A stretch of 64,000 bases of DNA from Monocercomonoides exilis PA203 (GCA_001643675.2 LSRY02000008.1:496001-560000), one strand, 5' to 3'; shown: positions 42,381 through 55,082, counted from the first letter of the stretch. Numbers and translations: made by a program. The notes: generated by a model not told the origin, from the letters alone.

Positions 42381-42682
42381 ACTCTTTCTATTAATGAATC
42401 TCGAAATATACAAATATAATAGGGACAATAACCAATTTAATAATAGGGACATTATAGGGACAAAAAGCACAAGAAAACAATCGGATTCTAACTGTTGTGT
42501 ACCTGGGAGGCTGTTCGTCGTATCCAGGTCCGGATATTGCAGCCCGAATGCTGCAATATCTCATACGAACAGTCATGTCCAGCACCCTTCCGATAGAGTG
42601 CCAGCTAAGCATACACAATAACTAGTTTCTTAATGTGGGACACAATTAATACAAATTTGAGATTCATTTAATAAAGAAGAGT
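42381..42682 (+). other. Structured, GC-richer insert (candidate ncRNA or MITE-like foldback)
   Basis: Nested stems: 42381-402/42659-682, 42493-501/42612-620, 42509-518/42565-574, and a perfect 11-bp hairpin 42533-543/42550-560. Confidence 0.5.
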
Positions 42683-45600
42683 CAAGAAGAAGATCATATC
42701 TCCTTGAAAGAAAATCTTGAGAAGATTGAGAAAGAAGAGAAGAGTTAAATGATGTGATATCAGAGTGAAATGACTTCCTTGTTCGTTGAACTTTTTCTTT
42801 CATTGTCGAAGATTCGAGGGCAACCAGAGAGCGTTGAGGAAGATATCCAACAGCTGAAGCAGAGACAAATGAGCCTTTGCACTCAAAATACAAGTAGTCC
42901 TTCATGTGAGGGACTGACAGCGATGGCCATGAGATTTGTTGAGATGGTACATATTCTTCAAAGTACCTCTCTTGCTCAAAGTTATTGACAGATGTTGAAG
43001 ATGGCGAAGAGTTTGATGACGTTGTTGAGAAAATGTTTGATTGTGAAGTTGAAAAAGCTGATGTCGAAACATTCATATTGTTTTCGAAGAAGTTGATCAA
43101 GTCATGAAGTGTGGTGATGTGTTTTGTCGAAAGATTGTTGTCGATTGCATTAACTAACGAACCAAATTCACTATCACAGATATTCTTTCCATGGTGCTCA
43201 GCGAAGAAGTTGAGTTGAGTATTTTTCTTTTTAAGAAGTTTTGATTGCTTGGAGAGGATGAAGTGAAGAAGGAAGATATTTCGGTTGTGTGGACCCGAAT
43301 CGCAGAAGAACATAAAAGTGTGAGTGTCTGTGAAGAAGCGTCTTTTGATCATAGATTCCAGACACTCAATAACAAATCTGTGATCATTTGAAAGGAAGTC
43401 GGAGAAGAAGTTGAAAGTTTTTTTTATTTGTTGATTATTAATTTTTTGAAGTGAGATGATTGTGAATTGGGAGACTTGTTGATAGTTAAAGAACTCTTGT
43501 TGAAGTTGGTTCTTTCGGATTGGCAGTTTCCACTTCTCTTTGAGGTCAAAAACGAAGACTTCTTCTCTCTCTTTCAAATTATCAACAGTTGATTGATAAT
43601 GTATATGTTGCATTTCTGCAACGAGACGATGTTGTCGAAGAAGTTTTGGAGTGTGGAACTCTGCTTCAGACAGTCCATTTTTGTTTTGGGATGACTTTTA
43701 TTTGTTTTCCAAATAATCCAACTTTTCACACATTCCACAAAGGTCAGTTCGTCTTTTTGCTTTGGAGAAGTTGGTGGTGAGTTTGTAGATGTGGAGCAAT
43801 GAAACTTTGATATTTGTTTCTTCGGAAAACTATTTCCATAATTTCGTCTTGGGCTTGAAGATTAATCTCTTTTCATTGGGAGAAAAGATGCCCGTTTTCT
43901 TTCGTTTTTCTTTCAGTGCTTCCAATCCATAACTTGTTGAAATTGACGAAGAAAGTGGAGGAATGGAAGTTGAACGATGAGGTGGAGTGATGAATGGAGA
44001 CGATGTTGTTGTTGTTGTTGTTGTTGATGTGTTATTTAAAGTGTTGTTATTTGATGTTTCTGAAGAAGAGGAGGAACCACCAAATTGAAAAGAAGACAGT
44101 GTTGGCTTTGTTTTTTCTTTGATATAGAATGAAAGTGAAGGTGTGTAACCCTGGGAGAAAAGATCTTTCCATGATGAATTCCAATTATCTTTATCAAATT
44201 CCGAAACACTTTCATCATTGCAAATATTCCACAATACATCACTTCTTGTCTTCCTTTTCACAACTGCGATGTGATGTCCGTTTTGTTGATCCAAACGTTT
44301 GAATAGTATTTGTCCAGAAAGTTGATAAATGATCGTTTCCTGATTATCTTTTTGAAAAAGTTGAATGTTTTCTGTTGATAACCCTTTGCAGAAAGTGCGC
44401 TGGTTAACACGATCAGTTACAATCAGAAGCGTTATCGAAGATGCAGAACAAGCAGAATCAGTGCATTCATGACAGAGGGCCAGCACATCTGGAAATGCAG
44501 CCATTTCCTCCCATCTCGCAGAACAACATTTATCCTTGCGTGCATCACAATAAACACTATTCTTTCCATTTAAAACTTCAGTCGCAAAAAGAGATGATAG
44601 ACAGTTGTGAGGAGAAGAAGAATTGATAACGATATTGTTTCACATTTCATCGAAACGGTTTGATATTTTTTTGCATTTTTGGCATTTGAGATGAGTGATT
44701 AAAACAGGATTGAAGGTGTCCTTATTTATCAACTCATCTTTAAGAAGAAGTTGGTGAAGGTTGTCAAATGCCTCATCCACGTTTTGCTGCTGTCTGCTTC
44801 CATATCCACAAAAGTCTTCCCATTTGTTGATAAGAGATGGAACCCACGAACGCACTGTCGTTCCATCTTTAGCCAATTGTTGACAAACCAGAACAACACT
44901 CAAAGATGCGTTCTTTATTGCTGTTTGTTTTTTGTAAAAAGATGGCTTTTGTGTGATGATAGAAGACATGCATTGAAGAAGAGATGCAAGATAGAATGTG
45001 TTTCCAAAATTGATTAATCCTTTTATTGATGTTGATGAAGAAGAATGTGATGATATAATTTTTGAAGAGGTTGATGAAGAAGGAGAAGAATTTGAATGAG
45101 GAAAATCTGTTTGATTGTTATTCATCGTGATCTATGCAGTATTATCATGATGTGAAATAACATTCTCATCGGATGGTGTGTTATGTTGAGAAGAATAAGT
45201 GTTGTTCTCTTTTGAAAATGATGAAAAAAGATTCTGAAATGCTTGTGGTGGAATTAGAGCCGGTGAAGTGGCATATTCATTTAATTGATCACTAACACAC
45301 ACATCATCGTTGAAAAAGGAAGTTGAAGATTCTTCAATAGAAAAAGAATTTATATTTTCTTTTTCTTTCTTTTTGAAAGATGTGGAGGATGAGGAGGATG
45401 AAAAAGAAGAGGAAGAAGAGGAAGAAGAGGAAGAAGAGGAAGAAGAGGGAAAAGAAGAAGAAGAAGCAGAAATAGATGAAAAAGGAGAAGAAGAGGGAAA
45501 TGAGGAGGAGGAAGAAGAAGACGATGATATTAAAATTGGAGAAGAAGAAGAAGAAAGAGAAGAGGAGGAAGAAGAATCCAAAGAAGAAGAATTAAAAGAA

Positions 45601-46720
45601 GAAGAAGAAGAAGAATTTTGTGTGTGGCTGAAAGTGAAGTAATGATGAAGGAAATGAAAATGATGAGAATAAGAATAGAAAGTGAATTCTGACAGGAAAA
45701 GAGAGAGAGAAAGTGAGAAAGGGAAGGAAGAAGAGAAAGAGAGAAGGGGAAAGAAGAAAAAGAAGAAGAAGAGGAAGAAGAGGAGGAAGTGGATGACGAT
45801 TGCTTTGTTTTGAAGAATTTGTGAATTGAAATGGGTGAAGGAGACGAATGACGTTTTTGATATGATTTATTTGTTTTTCTTTTTGTTGAACCCCTTTCTC
45901 TCCTAATTGGAGTACTGATTGGAGCATCAACAGCTTGAGATGGAGAAGAATTTGTTGAAGAAGAATTTTTTTCTGAAATGGAATTTGAATTTCCATTTTG
46001 TTGAGTTGGTGTTGAAGATGAAGAAGATTGTTTTTTATATGAAGAAGAATTTTCTGGGATAATTTCTTCACACAAGCTGCTTCATCAATAAATCTTGCGT
46101 AATCTGGCTCAGTTCGCTGCTTTTTCTTTGCTGACTGAAGCGAAGTGGAGGCTTCAGTTGAATGGGCTAACATCCAGTTGTTGCCCTTTTCCCAATCCTG
46201 TTCATTTAAGCCTAAAATAAACAGAGAAAATTATGCAAAAAAAATTAAAATTAAAACAAACCACTTTTGCAAGACGGAAGATGAGGTTTTTGAGGCGGAA
46301 TGATTAATCCTTGGTTCTTTTTGAGTGTTTGCTTCGCGTTAATAAATTTGCCTTCTGTCACATCATATCCATAGTCGTGTAGATCGGACAATGATGTGTT
46401 TCGAGACAACGCCTGCAGCATTGTTGTCTGAGTGTGAAATGGAGCGTTGTTGCACACCACAGACAGGTCTTCCAGCAGCTTTATGTGATATTCTGTTTCA
46501 AAAATAATAATAATAAACAAATCAAAAAAATAAAAAATTACAGAGAGATTAAATAATATTTTTTACACAGTACAATATAATATAAAACAAAACCATTCAA
46601 AGACTTCAGTAAATCGTTAATAACAGAAGATGATTGCCTATAGTTGTAAAAGAGATATACGAGCAATGAATCAATATCTTCTCCACTCATTCGAGCATTT
46701 CATTCCAAATAACTTTGCAT
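42630..46720 (-). pseudogene. USP(C19)-transposase fusion pseudogene. Introns 46493-46593 and 46212-46261; frameshifts near 46075 and 45700; stops at 46700, 45132, 44640, 43830 and 43698
   Basis: One frame from 45581 to 42630 contains GLINFGNTFYLASLLQ (Cys box, C>F), QQNVDEAF, CQKC...YCDAR fingers and NGHHIAVVK...WNICNDESV (His box). It then carries KAKRRTDLCGMCE, VFDLKE, FFCDSGPHNRN and FFAEHHGKNICDSEFG (transposase core). Confidence 0.8.
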
Positions 46721-47809
46721 CGAGAATTAAGAGTTGATTGAGGTTTTGAAAAAGACATTTTTATTTTGAAAGTGTTTTTATAATGGTTTGATGATATTAG
46801 AGATTCATAAGCAGTTGTTTGATTTAATAATACTTATTTTTTTATTCTTTAATAATGTTAGGGTTTTGAATTGACCCCAAAAAAAATTGACAAATCGAAT
46901 AATAAAAGATCTTCCAAAAATAAATAATTCATATTTATTACTATCCTTCGGAAAATTTCCGAAAGTTCAAAACTGACATGAATTTTATCTCCTTTTCCAT
47001 ATCATCAGAAAAAAATATAACATCAAACAACAAAATAATTATCATTTTGAAAAATGATAATAAATATTTAGTAACAAAAAATGAGCATCTCTATCACAAT
47101 AAAAGTTTTATATAAAATAAATATTTTATTTGAGAATATAAAATGTCACAACAAATGAATAAATTGGAATTTTAAAACAATTTTATTTAAGAATAGTTAT
47201 TAATTTTAACAAAAAGTTCATTTTTCAATTGCGAAAAATAATAAAGAACAAAAATATATTTCATCGATAGAAATTTAAAAATGAAAAATTTTTTTTCATA
47301 AAAATGTTTCAAAAATATTCTTTCTGAAAATCGTTCAATTTGATCTTTTCGATCAATAAAAGATTTAAATTACTTAGAAATTTACAGAAATCGTTTCAAT
47401 GCTTATTAATCACTTCTTTATAACATTTGTACCATTCACAGTCAAAAAATTATCATTTCTGCAAATTGCAGATCAACAAAAAATTCGAAATTTGAAATGG
47501 GTTTATAGCATGAAATATAATATTTGATTATCTTAAAGAAAACTTCGCTTATTGAGGAAATCGGTTTATGCATAATTCAATTCTTAATTTAATTTTTCTT
47601 TTTCTGTTAGATTCAACAAAAAATACGCCCAATTCACTTCTCTTCCATTTGACACAAATAATGTTGTTCTCTCTTTTCGCCTCTTCTCGTAAGAAGCAAC
47701 AGAAGAAAATATTTTCTCAATTTGTTCGAAAATAAACATATTTCGTCTGTTTTTTCATCTATTCCACTTCCTTCCTCCTCTCCCTCCCATGATGTTTACA
47801 TACAATTAT

Positions 47810-50263
47810 CTTCGATCATTTTGGCTGTGGCAAATCAGTACTGCCTGTGTTGATTCTGGGATAGACTATCTGTTTGGAAGGGAAAGGTTATTTGAAGGGG
47901 ACGGTGGCTTATGTGCCTCATGTGAGTAAGTTAAGATGAATAAAAATGAAAATAAATGATTTATTATTATTATTTTAATAACTTTATCTCTTATAAACAT
48001 TATATTTATCATTTCTTTTTCTGATTATATTTAAGTTTTTTATTCTCCTTCTAATATACATCACAAATCTGTTCGTTCATCATTTCAATCACAGATTCCC
48101 TTCATCTTCAAAGATACCATCAAATCCAACATCCTCTTCCACACTTCCTTCGACCCCGTCCGCTACACTCGTGTCATTCAAGCCTGCTGTCTGGAACAAA
48201 ACTTGGCCATTCTTCCTGGCGGATACGAAGCAGAAGTGGGCAAAAGAGGATACAACCTGTTGGGTAGGTAGCGAATGAGGATAGCTCTGGCGAGGGCAGT
48301 CTATTCATCGGCTGAGATGTTTGTGTTTGATGACATTTTGGCAAGAGTTTAACGAGCAATGTTAAGTTGACGCTGTTTATCAAATGCATCAACCAGATGC
48401 TGAAGGGGAAGACTGTCTTGTTAGCGACACATCACACGAAATATCTGCCTCACTTTGACACGGCCATCGCGATGGAAGAGGACGGGAGGATCAGAAAGAT
48501 AGGCGTGGCGGAGGAGTTTAAGGGGACTGTGAAGGAGATGGTGGTGATGGTGAAGGAAAAGAAGGAAGGAAGGAAAGGAGGAGGAGAAGAGGAAGAAGAG
48601 GAAGAAGTGAAAAGAAAGAGAAATATTGGGAGATAATTTCGAAAACAATTGTGAGAAGAAGATTAAAGATGCAAATGACATTCCTTCTCCATCATCATCA
48701 TCTTCTTCTTCTTCTCCATTCAACTTGACTCACTCAAACACTTCACCGTCTCCACCCATTTCACCCATTTCACATTCACATTCACTATTATCTTCTTCTT
48801 CTTCTTCAATCATTCAAACTCCTATTTCTCTTTCTCCTTCTCCATCCTCTTCTTCCTCTTCCTCTTCCTCTTCCTCTTCCTCTTCCTCTTCCTCATCCTC
48901 TTCCTCATCCTCTTCCTCCTCTCCTTCTCCTTCTCCCACTGAACTGTGGTGTTTGAAGGAGTCCATCGACATTGAGGCTGATTCTGTATCTCTCTCCTCT
49001 GTTTTGTGGTATTTCAAGCATGCATCGTTTTTCCTGCTGTTCTTGGCGCTGCTGGCGATTGTGCTGAGCAACGTTGCTCAGAATGGGCAGTGCGCTGTTC
49101 TCAACATGTGGACTGTGAAAGATGCACAGATGGAGCAGATGAATAGGACACTCAATGGACTTGGAGGAGAAAAGAGATGGGAGGAGGAGAAGGAAAGAGA
49201 AGGGAATTTAAACGAAACATTGAATGAATCTTAATTGAATGATTCAATGATATCGTTATCATCATCTAAAGAAATTAGATCCAAAAATGGAGATAATTCC
49301 AAAGCAAGAGCATCCAAACATTCACCTCAGAAAAACGCCTTCAAACGCAAAAAGCAGAAGCAGAAGAAGCAAATGTTTCTGTTCTCATTTCTGAGCCGTT
49401 TCAATCTTTCTTCAGGATTCTTGTTCTTCCTCTACATCTCCACGAGTCTCTTCTCGTCGCTCGGTGAGATTCTTGTGAATTTGATCACCACCATCTTCCG
49501 AATTCAGTCTGCCCATGCCATCAAAACAGACATGTACGCAAAGCTCTTCCACGCACCGATGCGCTTCTTCGACACCACATCCTCCAGAATGTTGAACAAA
49601 AAACTGAATGGAGTGAACCCCATCAGCTACAGTGTACTCCATTCCTTCACTGCTACTGCCTCCTCCCTCGCGAAGCTGTTCTCGGCACTGGTGGCAATCC
49701 ACTCAGCGATGCCGGCGCTTCTGCTGCCTGTTGTGCTGGCAACGAGTGCAATGGTGCTGATCAGCCATTCCACATCACTCGCAAAGCGCCGCATTTACCG
49801 ATCGTTGGTTGCTGCCCGAAGCGGATCAGGGAGCTTTTTCAAGCAGTGTGTGGAAGGGGCGGCGACGATCAGGGCGTTTGGTGTGCAGGAGGCAATGGAG
49901 GAGAGGCAGAGGGAGCTGTGCGGAAGTCAGTACGATGCACAATTCAATTCTAAAAGTGTGCATGCGCTGGTTGCAAACATCACCAGCTGATGTTTTGATG
50001 TGCTTGTGCTGTTGACTTATCTGACAACGATTGTCTTGAAAGCTGCGGGGCGAAACACGTATTTTCTTCCGATGGCGCTGCAGATATCGCATTCTGCTGT
50101 TTCGGCAGGGAGGAACTTGTACAGCCAGCTTTTTTCATTGGACTATGTTGTAGGGAAGATCGGGCGGATCAGAAAATTATGTGTTGTGGAGCTAGAGGGA
50201 AAGTGGACAATAAATGTCTCTGAGGATACTGATGAAAAAAGCAAGATGATTAAATGCAGCTAA
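47810..50263 (+). pseudogene. ABCC/MRP-type ABC transporter pseudogene (NBD1 plus TMD2 fragment), intron 47922-48094
   Basis: GTVAYVPH|IPFIFKDTIKSNILF, IALARAVYSSAEMFVFDD (Walker B), KTVLLATH (H-loop), APMRFFDTT and GAATIRAFG. The Walker A and signature motifs are degenerate, with several stops and frameshifts. Confidence 0.85.
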
Positions 50264-50312
50264 TCGAAAGAAGAGAATTCTGCGCATGGAAATGGAATGG
50301 AATCTTCAAATG

Positions 50313-50894
50313 TTTCTTCTTCTTCTTCTTCCTCTTCCTCTTCCTCTTCCTCCTCTTCTTCCTCTTCCTCTTCTTCCTCTTCCTCTTCTTCCTCTTCTTC
50401 CTCTTCCTCTTCTTCCTCTTCCTCTTCTTCCTCTTCCTCTTCTTCCTCTTCCTCTTCTTCCTCTTCTTCCTCTTCCTCTTCTTCCTCTTCCTCTTCTTCC
50501 TCTTCCTCTTCTTCCTCTTCCTCTTCTTCCTCTTCTTCCTCTTCCTCTTCTTCCTCTTCCTCTTCTTCCTCTTCCTCTTCTTCCTCTTCCTCTTCTTCCT
50601 CTTCTTCCTCTTCCTCTTCTTCCTCTTCCTCTTCTTCCTCTTCCTCTTCTTCCTCTTCCTCTTCTTCCTCTTCTTCCTCTTCCTCTTCTTCCTCTTCCTC
50701 TTCTTCCTCTTCCTCTTCTTCCTCTTCCTCTTCTTCCTCTTCCTCTTCTTCCTCTTCTTCCTCTTCCTCTTCTTCCTCTTCTTCCTCTTCCTCTTCTTCC
50801 TCTTCCTCTTCTTCCTCTTCCTCTTCTTCCTCTTCCTCTTCTTCCTCTTCCTCTTCTTCTTCTTCCTCTTCTTCCTCTTCCTCTTCTTCTTCCT
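50313..50894 (+). repeat. 582-nt pure C/T tract of TCT/TCC units (poly-Ser, about 190 codons)
   Basis: No A or G on the + strand. Built from 15-nt and 9-nt subunits, often as a 54-nt higher-order unit. Confidence 0.95.
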
Positions 50895-53800
50895 ATTCTT
50901 CTTTCTCTTATTTCTCATCTTTTTTTATTTTCTTTTCTTTTTCTTCATTTTCTTTTTTCTCTTCTTCCTCTTCTTCCTCTTCTTCTTCCTCTTCTTCTTC
51001 AACATCATCATCAAAAACAGCAGCAGTCAAATTCCACAAGAAAGAAAACGTAGATAACGATTCATCTTCATCTTCCTCTTCATCCGAACAGTCAGAAGTG
51101 AATTCTTCACAAGAAAGAGCCGAAAAAGCTGAAATCGACGAAATCATCGAACGCTTCAAAAGAAAACATGCACTGCGTCTGCCTCTTCCTGTGATCCTTC
51201 CCCCACAAGAAGCATCTCTTCAGAATCCGTCTTATGTTCCCTCGAAGACTAAGACTGAGAAAAAGCAATAAAAATTTAACACAAACCTTTTTTTCTATTT
51301 AATTGCTGGCATTGGCACAGGAACAGGAACATCTCCTTCTTCTTTGCCCAATGAATTTTTTCTTTCTCTTTGTCAGCCATCTCCTTCTCCCTCTTCTTCA
51401 TCTTCCCCATCTTCTCCAGCAGTAACTGACCTCTCTCCCCACCCCAAACCGCCTCACCGTTCTGAAATTGCTATGGCTCGCCGCATAAGAGCAATGCATC
51501 CTCTCCTCCGCCGAAGCTATCTCAACCGCTGTGCACAAGTGGCTGCTGTTTCTGGCGCTTCACGTTCTTCTTCTTATTCCTCCTCCTCTTCTTCTTCTTC
51601 TTCTTCCTCGTTGCTTCACTCTTCAAGAAACAGATTTCTGACTAGCGAAGAGCAGCAGATGAGGAGGATGAGGCAGCAGTTCGGAAGAAGAAGGAAAAGA
51701 CAATATTTTGTTCTCCCACAAGATGTGTTTGAGGCGCTGCCGCTGTTTGCAGAGATTCGGATGGTGGAGCGGTATTCGGAGACTCTGGAGAAGAGGAAGA
51801 GAGAAAGAGAGAGAGCGAAGGAAAGAGAGAGAGAAGCAAAGAACGAGAGAAGAGAGGGAAAAAAGGAAAAGAGAAATGATTAAGATGAGGAAGGAATTAA
51901 AGCCTGAAAATGATAGTGAAAGAAATGATGATGAAAAAGAAAATAAAGTGAAAGCAGAAGAAAACGAGAGTTTATCATTGATTAGAAGAGATTCTTTGAA
52001 GGAACCGAAGAAAAATGAAGAAAATGAAGCTTTTCATATAACTCCATCTTCAGCCATGAAGACAGGAGAAGAAAGATGAGACACAAACAGAGATAAAAGC
52101 TGCTTCGGCTGATGAAACAACATAAAATTCAGAAGAAGAAAGAGAAGGAAGAGCGGGAGCTCAGGAAAATGGAGAAAATGACGAAGAAGATTGAAGAAAA
52201 AGACAAGAATCTGTAAAGCAGCATCCAAGAAATATAACAATCACACCTTGGGACAGGCACACCGACCAACAAGAAGGAGAACAAAATGGCAAGTGATGCG
52301 CAGCAAGAGGCGAAAGAAAGCAAAACTCGATTTTTGACAAGAGAGTGGAAATTTGACTGCACACTGAATGCTTTAGCAAATTCCGACTTAGAATATTTGA
52401 GTGATGAACCGGATATGCCTTGTCGCTATGTGCGTATCAAAAGCGAGGAAAACGGGCAATTTGTGTGGAAGATGCGGAGAGTGCCTGTGTATGCAGCAGT
52501 CGACGCGAGGCAGACAAGAACGCGGTTGGATCTGATGAGAACGCTGAAGAGTGGGCTGAGGCAGAGCAGGGCAGAGTTGAAAAGAGGAAGAGGGATGAAG
52601 TGAAGGGGCTGGCGGCCGTCCAAAGAGGAAGCAGAAGTGACACACAGAAAGGGAAGGAAAGGAGCAGGAAAAGGATAACCGCAACTGTTTCAGAAGGAGA
52701 AAGGGGCAAGAACATTCAGAAAGAACAGCGTGCCTGGAAGAAGAGATGCGCTGTGGTTCTCAATATTGGTATCTTTTCTCACTTCGTAGAATTCAATGGC
52801 GATGGATCTGATACAGAAATACCCTACCCACAATTTGGTTGCGCTTTTTGATTCATCTGCAGATTTTGTTACAAATATAAAAGTCGCTCTTAGTCCTCTC
52901 TCTAACTGCACTTCTTCGCTTGTCGATTCATCCTTTTTTATGAACATCCAACTTCAATCTTCTTCTTCTCTCAGAACATTTTTACCTCCTTCACTGCAGT
53001 CCCAAGCTAAACTTCTTTCTTCTGCTTTTCCTGCTATTCCTGAACCACTTTTTTCACTTTCACTGCCTGCTCTTTCTTCATCTACTTCTTTTTCATTCAA
53101 CTATTATCGAATTCAGCACTGGAAATTATCTATCGTTGCTATTTAGAAAGATACACAGAAATGCTTATTCAAAGAATGAATATCAGCTGATATTATATGT
53201 CAACGGAAACGATTCTATTTTTTGCATAGAAAAGCTGATCAGAGGCATACAATCAGCAAGAAAATCTATTCTGACTTTTTCATTTGGATGCTGAAGCATT
53301 TGAAGTGAAAAGGAAATGGTGTTGATGCTATTTTTGTTTGGAATGGCTGGGTTCCTAAATAGACTTCAGCAGGTTACACAGCTACGAAGTCACAGTAAAT
53401 TGTTGGAAATGAAACAATGAGATAAAGCGATTTTTGGGAAAAATCATGTTTGAAGGGAAGTCATATGAGATTCTGGTACGAATCGGATGCAAGCAAGTTG
53501 AAATCGGAAAGGTGAAGAAATTATAATCTGAAGAAAATTGTCTGAAATATATGAATATATTCTTTTTGAAAGATACGACAGCAATGAATCTTTTTTCATG
53601 AGCTTAATTTGTAGTTGATGAAAAGAAAAAATTGGATGAAGAAATGTGGAAGAAATATTTTTGTCTTGCTGATGTTAAGGATTTTGGTAAAATTAAGTGA
53701 TATGTTCTTCAGTTGAAGAAGTGATGAAGCCTCATGTATTTTTCTATGACATGGAAAATGGTGAAAATAAGAAAATGGAAGGAATAATATAGAAATCAGA

Positions 53801-54518
53801 AAAAAGTCATTATTTCCTGTTGTTTTTGTATCAACCGCGCTGAAGGTGAGTGTTTGAAGAGTAACAAATATTGAGGTGAGGAGCGTGAGAGAGGCGTCTT
53901 GGAGGAGGGAAATGAAGCCGTTGAGGGTATATTCTATGGTGGCACATGGGGTCTGATCTACTCTACCACAGGCATTAGTATCAGTTCCGCTATTGGAAAC
54001 GATTTTATTCTGGGCAATGAGGGAAAGTTAGCTGTTGAACTTGGCTTTATCTAATGTTCCACGATTTCGTTTAACGTTTGATGAATCCGATGAACCGAAT
54101 AAAAGGAATGGAGATTTGTTGGCTATACAAAGGTGAGGGGGAAAAAAGATAAATAACTATTATTGATAAATTGGTTTTAAAAATTTTGTTTTCTTATCTT
54201 CTTCTTTGTTCTTCTTCATAATTTTTTTTTCTTTTCAATATTTTATTTTCCAATTATTGGAATTGTTTTGCAGGTCTGGAAACTTCAATTTTTATTTTAA
54301 AGATAGATTTTTCAATTTTTTTTAAAAAAACTTGATCAAAAAATTCTTTTTAACTTAAAACATTATAAAGTTATGCTTTTTTTCATAAATAAATAAAACA
54401 AATAAATGTCTCATCAATACGAACTAAATACTCATGAAAAATCAGTACTTGTTCACTGATCAATAAAAACCTCATTAGATTTTATTTTTTCAATTTTTGA
54501 TCTTTTTTTATGTGCGGT

Positions 54519-55082
54519 ACAGAATTCTAGCATATATGAAAAAATAAATGATTTGTTCCAAACTTATTCTTCAATCGTATTATCACAATCCTGACATTCT
54601 CGTGCAAAAAAAATATAGAAATTTTAAAAAGTTGAAAATAGTCTTTGAAAGAACTGTGTGGAACTATATTCACAAAGAAAAAAATTTTGTCCCATATGGC
54701 TGATCCTTTTTGAAATCATACTTTTGTTCGAGTTTTGAGCAAAATTTTGATCTCAATGGGATTTTCAAAAAAAATACATATCCTTTAAAATATCTAAATA
54801 TGATGTATGTATTGAACAATATCGTTCATTTTGCAATAATCCCATTGAGAAAAAAATTTTGCTCAAAACTCGAACAAAAGTGTGATTTCAAAAAGGATCA
54901 GTCATATGGGACAAAATTTTTTTCTTTGTGAATATAGTTCCACACAGTTCTTTCAAAGACTATTTTCAACTTTTTAAAATTTCTATATTTTTTTTGCACG
55001 AGAATGTCAGGATTGTTATAATACGATTGAAGAATAAGTTTGGAACAAATCATTTATTTTTTCATATATGAAAGAATTCTGT
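54519..55082. repeat. Near-perfect palindrome/foldback: 245-bp arms (54519-54763, 54838-55082) with a 74-bp spacer
   Basis: The arms are reverse complements with about 7 mismatches counted by eye. Confidence 0.95.

Larger units (their letters stand above)
41549..47501 (-). mobile_element. Decayed ~6-kb DNA transposon with long TIRs, encoding a Sola2-like transposase fused to a USP domain
   Basis: 41549-41708 and 47341-47501 are degenerate inverted repeats (outer 48 nt: 42/48 identical), and weaker similarity extends in both directions. Exact ends and TSD are unresolved. Internal transposase motifs are present. Confidence 0.75.

Noticed and set aside
42480-42620. Hammerhead/HDV ribozyme, 5S rRNA or Fanzor omega-RNA assignment
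   Set aside because: There is no exact CUGANGA/GAAA core, no room for the HDV P3/L3, only a 7-8 nt 5S-like match, and no RuvC/Fanzor ORF in the element.
30262-49990. UGA=Trp or UAR=Gln recoding, suggested by TGA at likely Trp sites (30262, 44640, 46700, 49988) and TAG/TAA in the transposase frame
   Set aside because: The 13.5-kb dynein exon and repeat copies A and C contain no in-frame stops despite many Trp and Gln codons. Intact genes end in TAA, TAG and TGA. The affected loci other than copy B also have frameshifts.
50250-51057. Poly-Lys/Arg, poly-Phe/Leu and poly-Leu/Pro ORFs
   Set aside because: They are alternative-frame translations of the TCT/TCC microsatellite.
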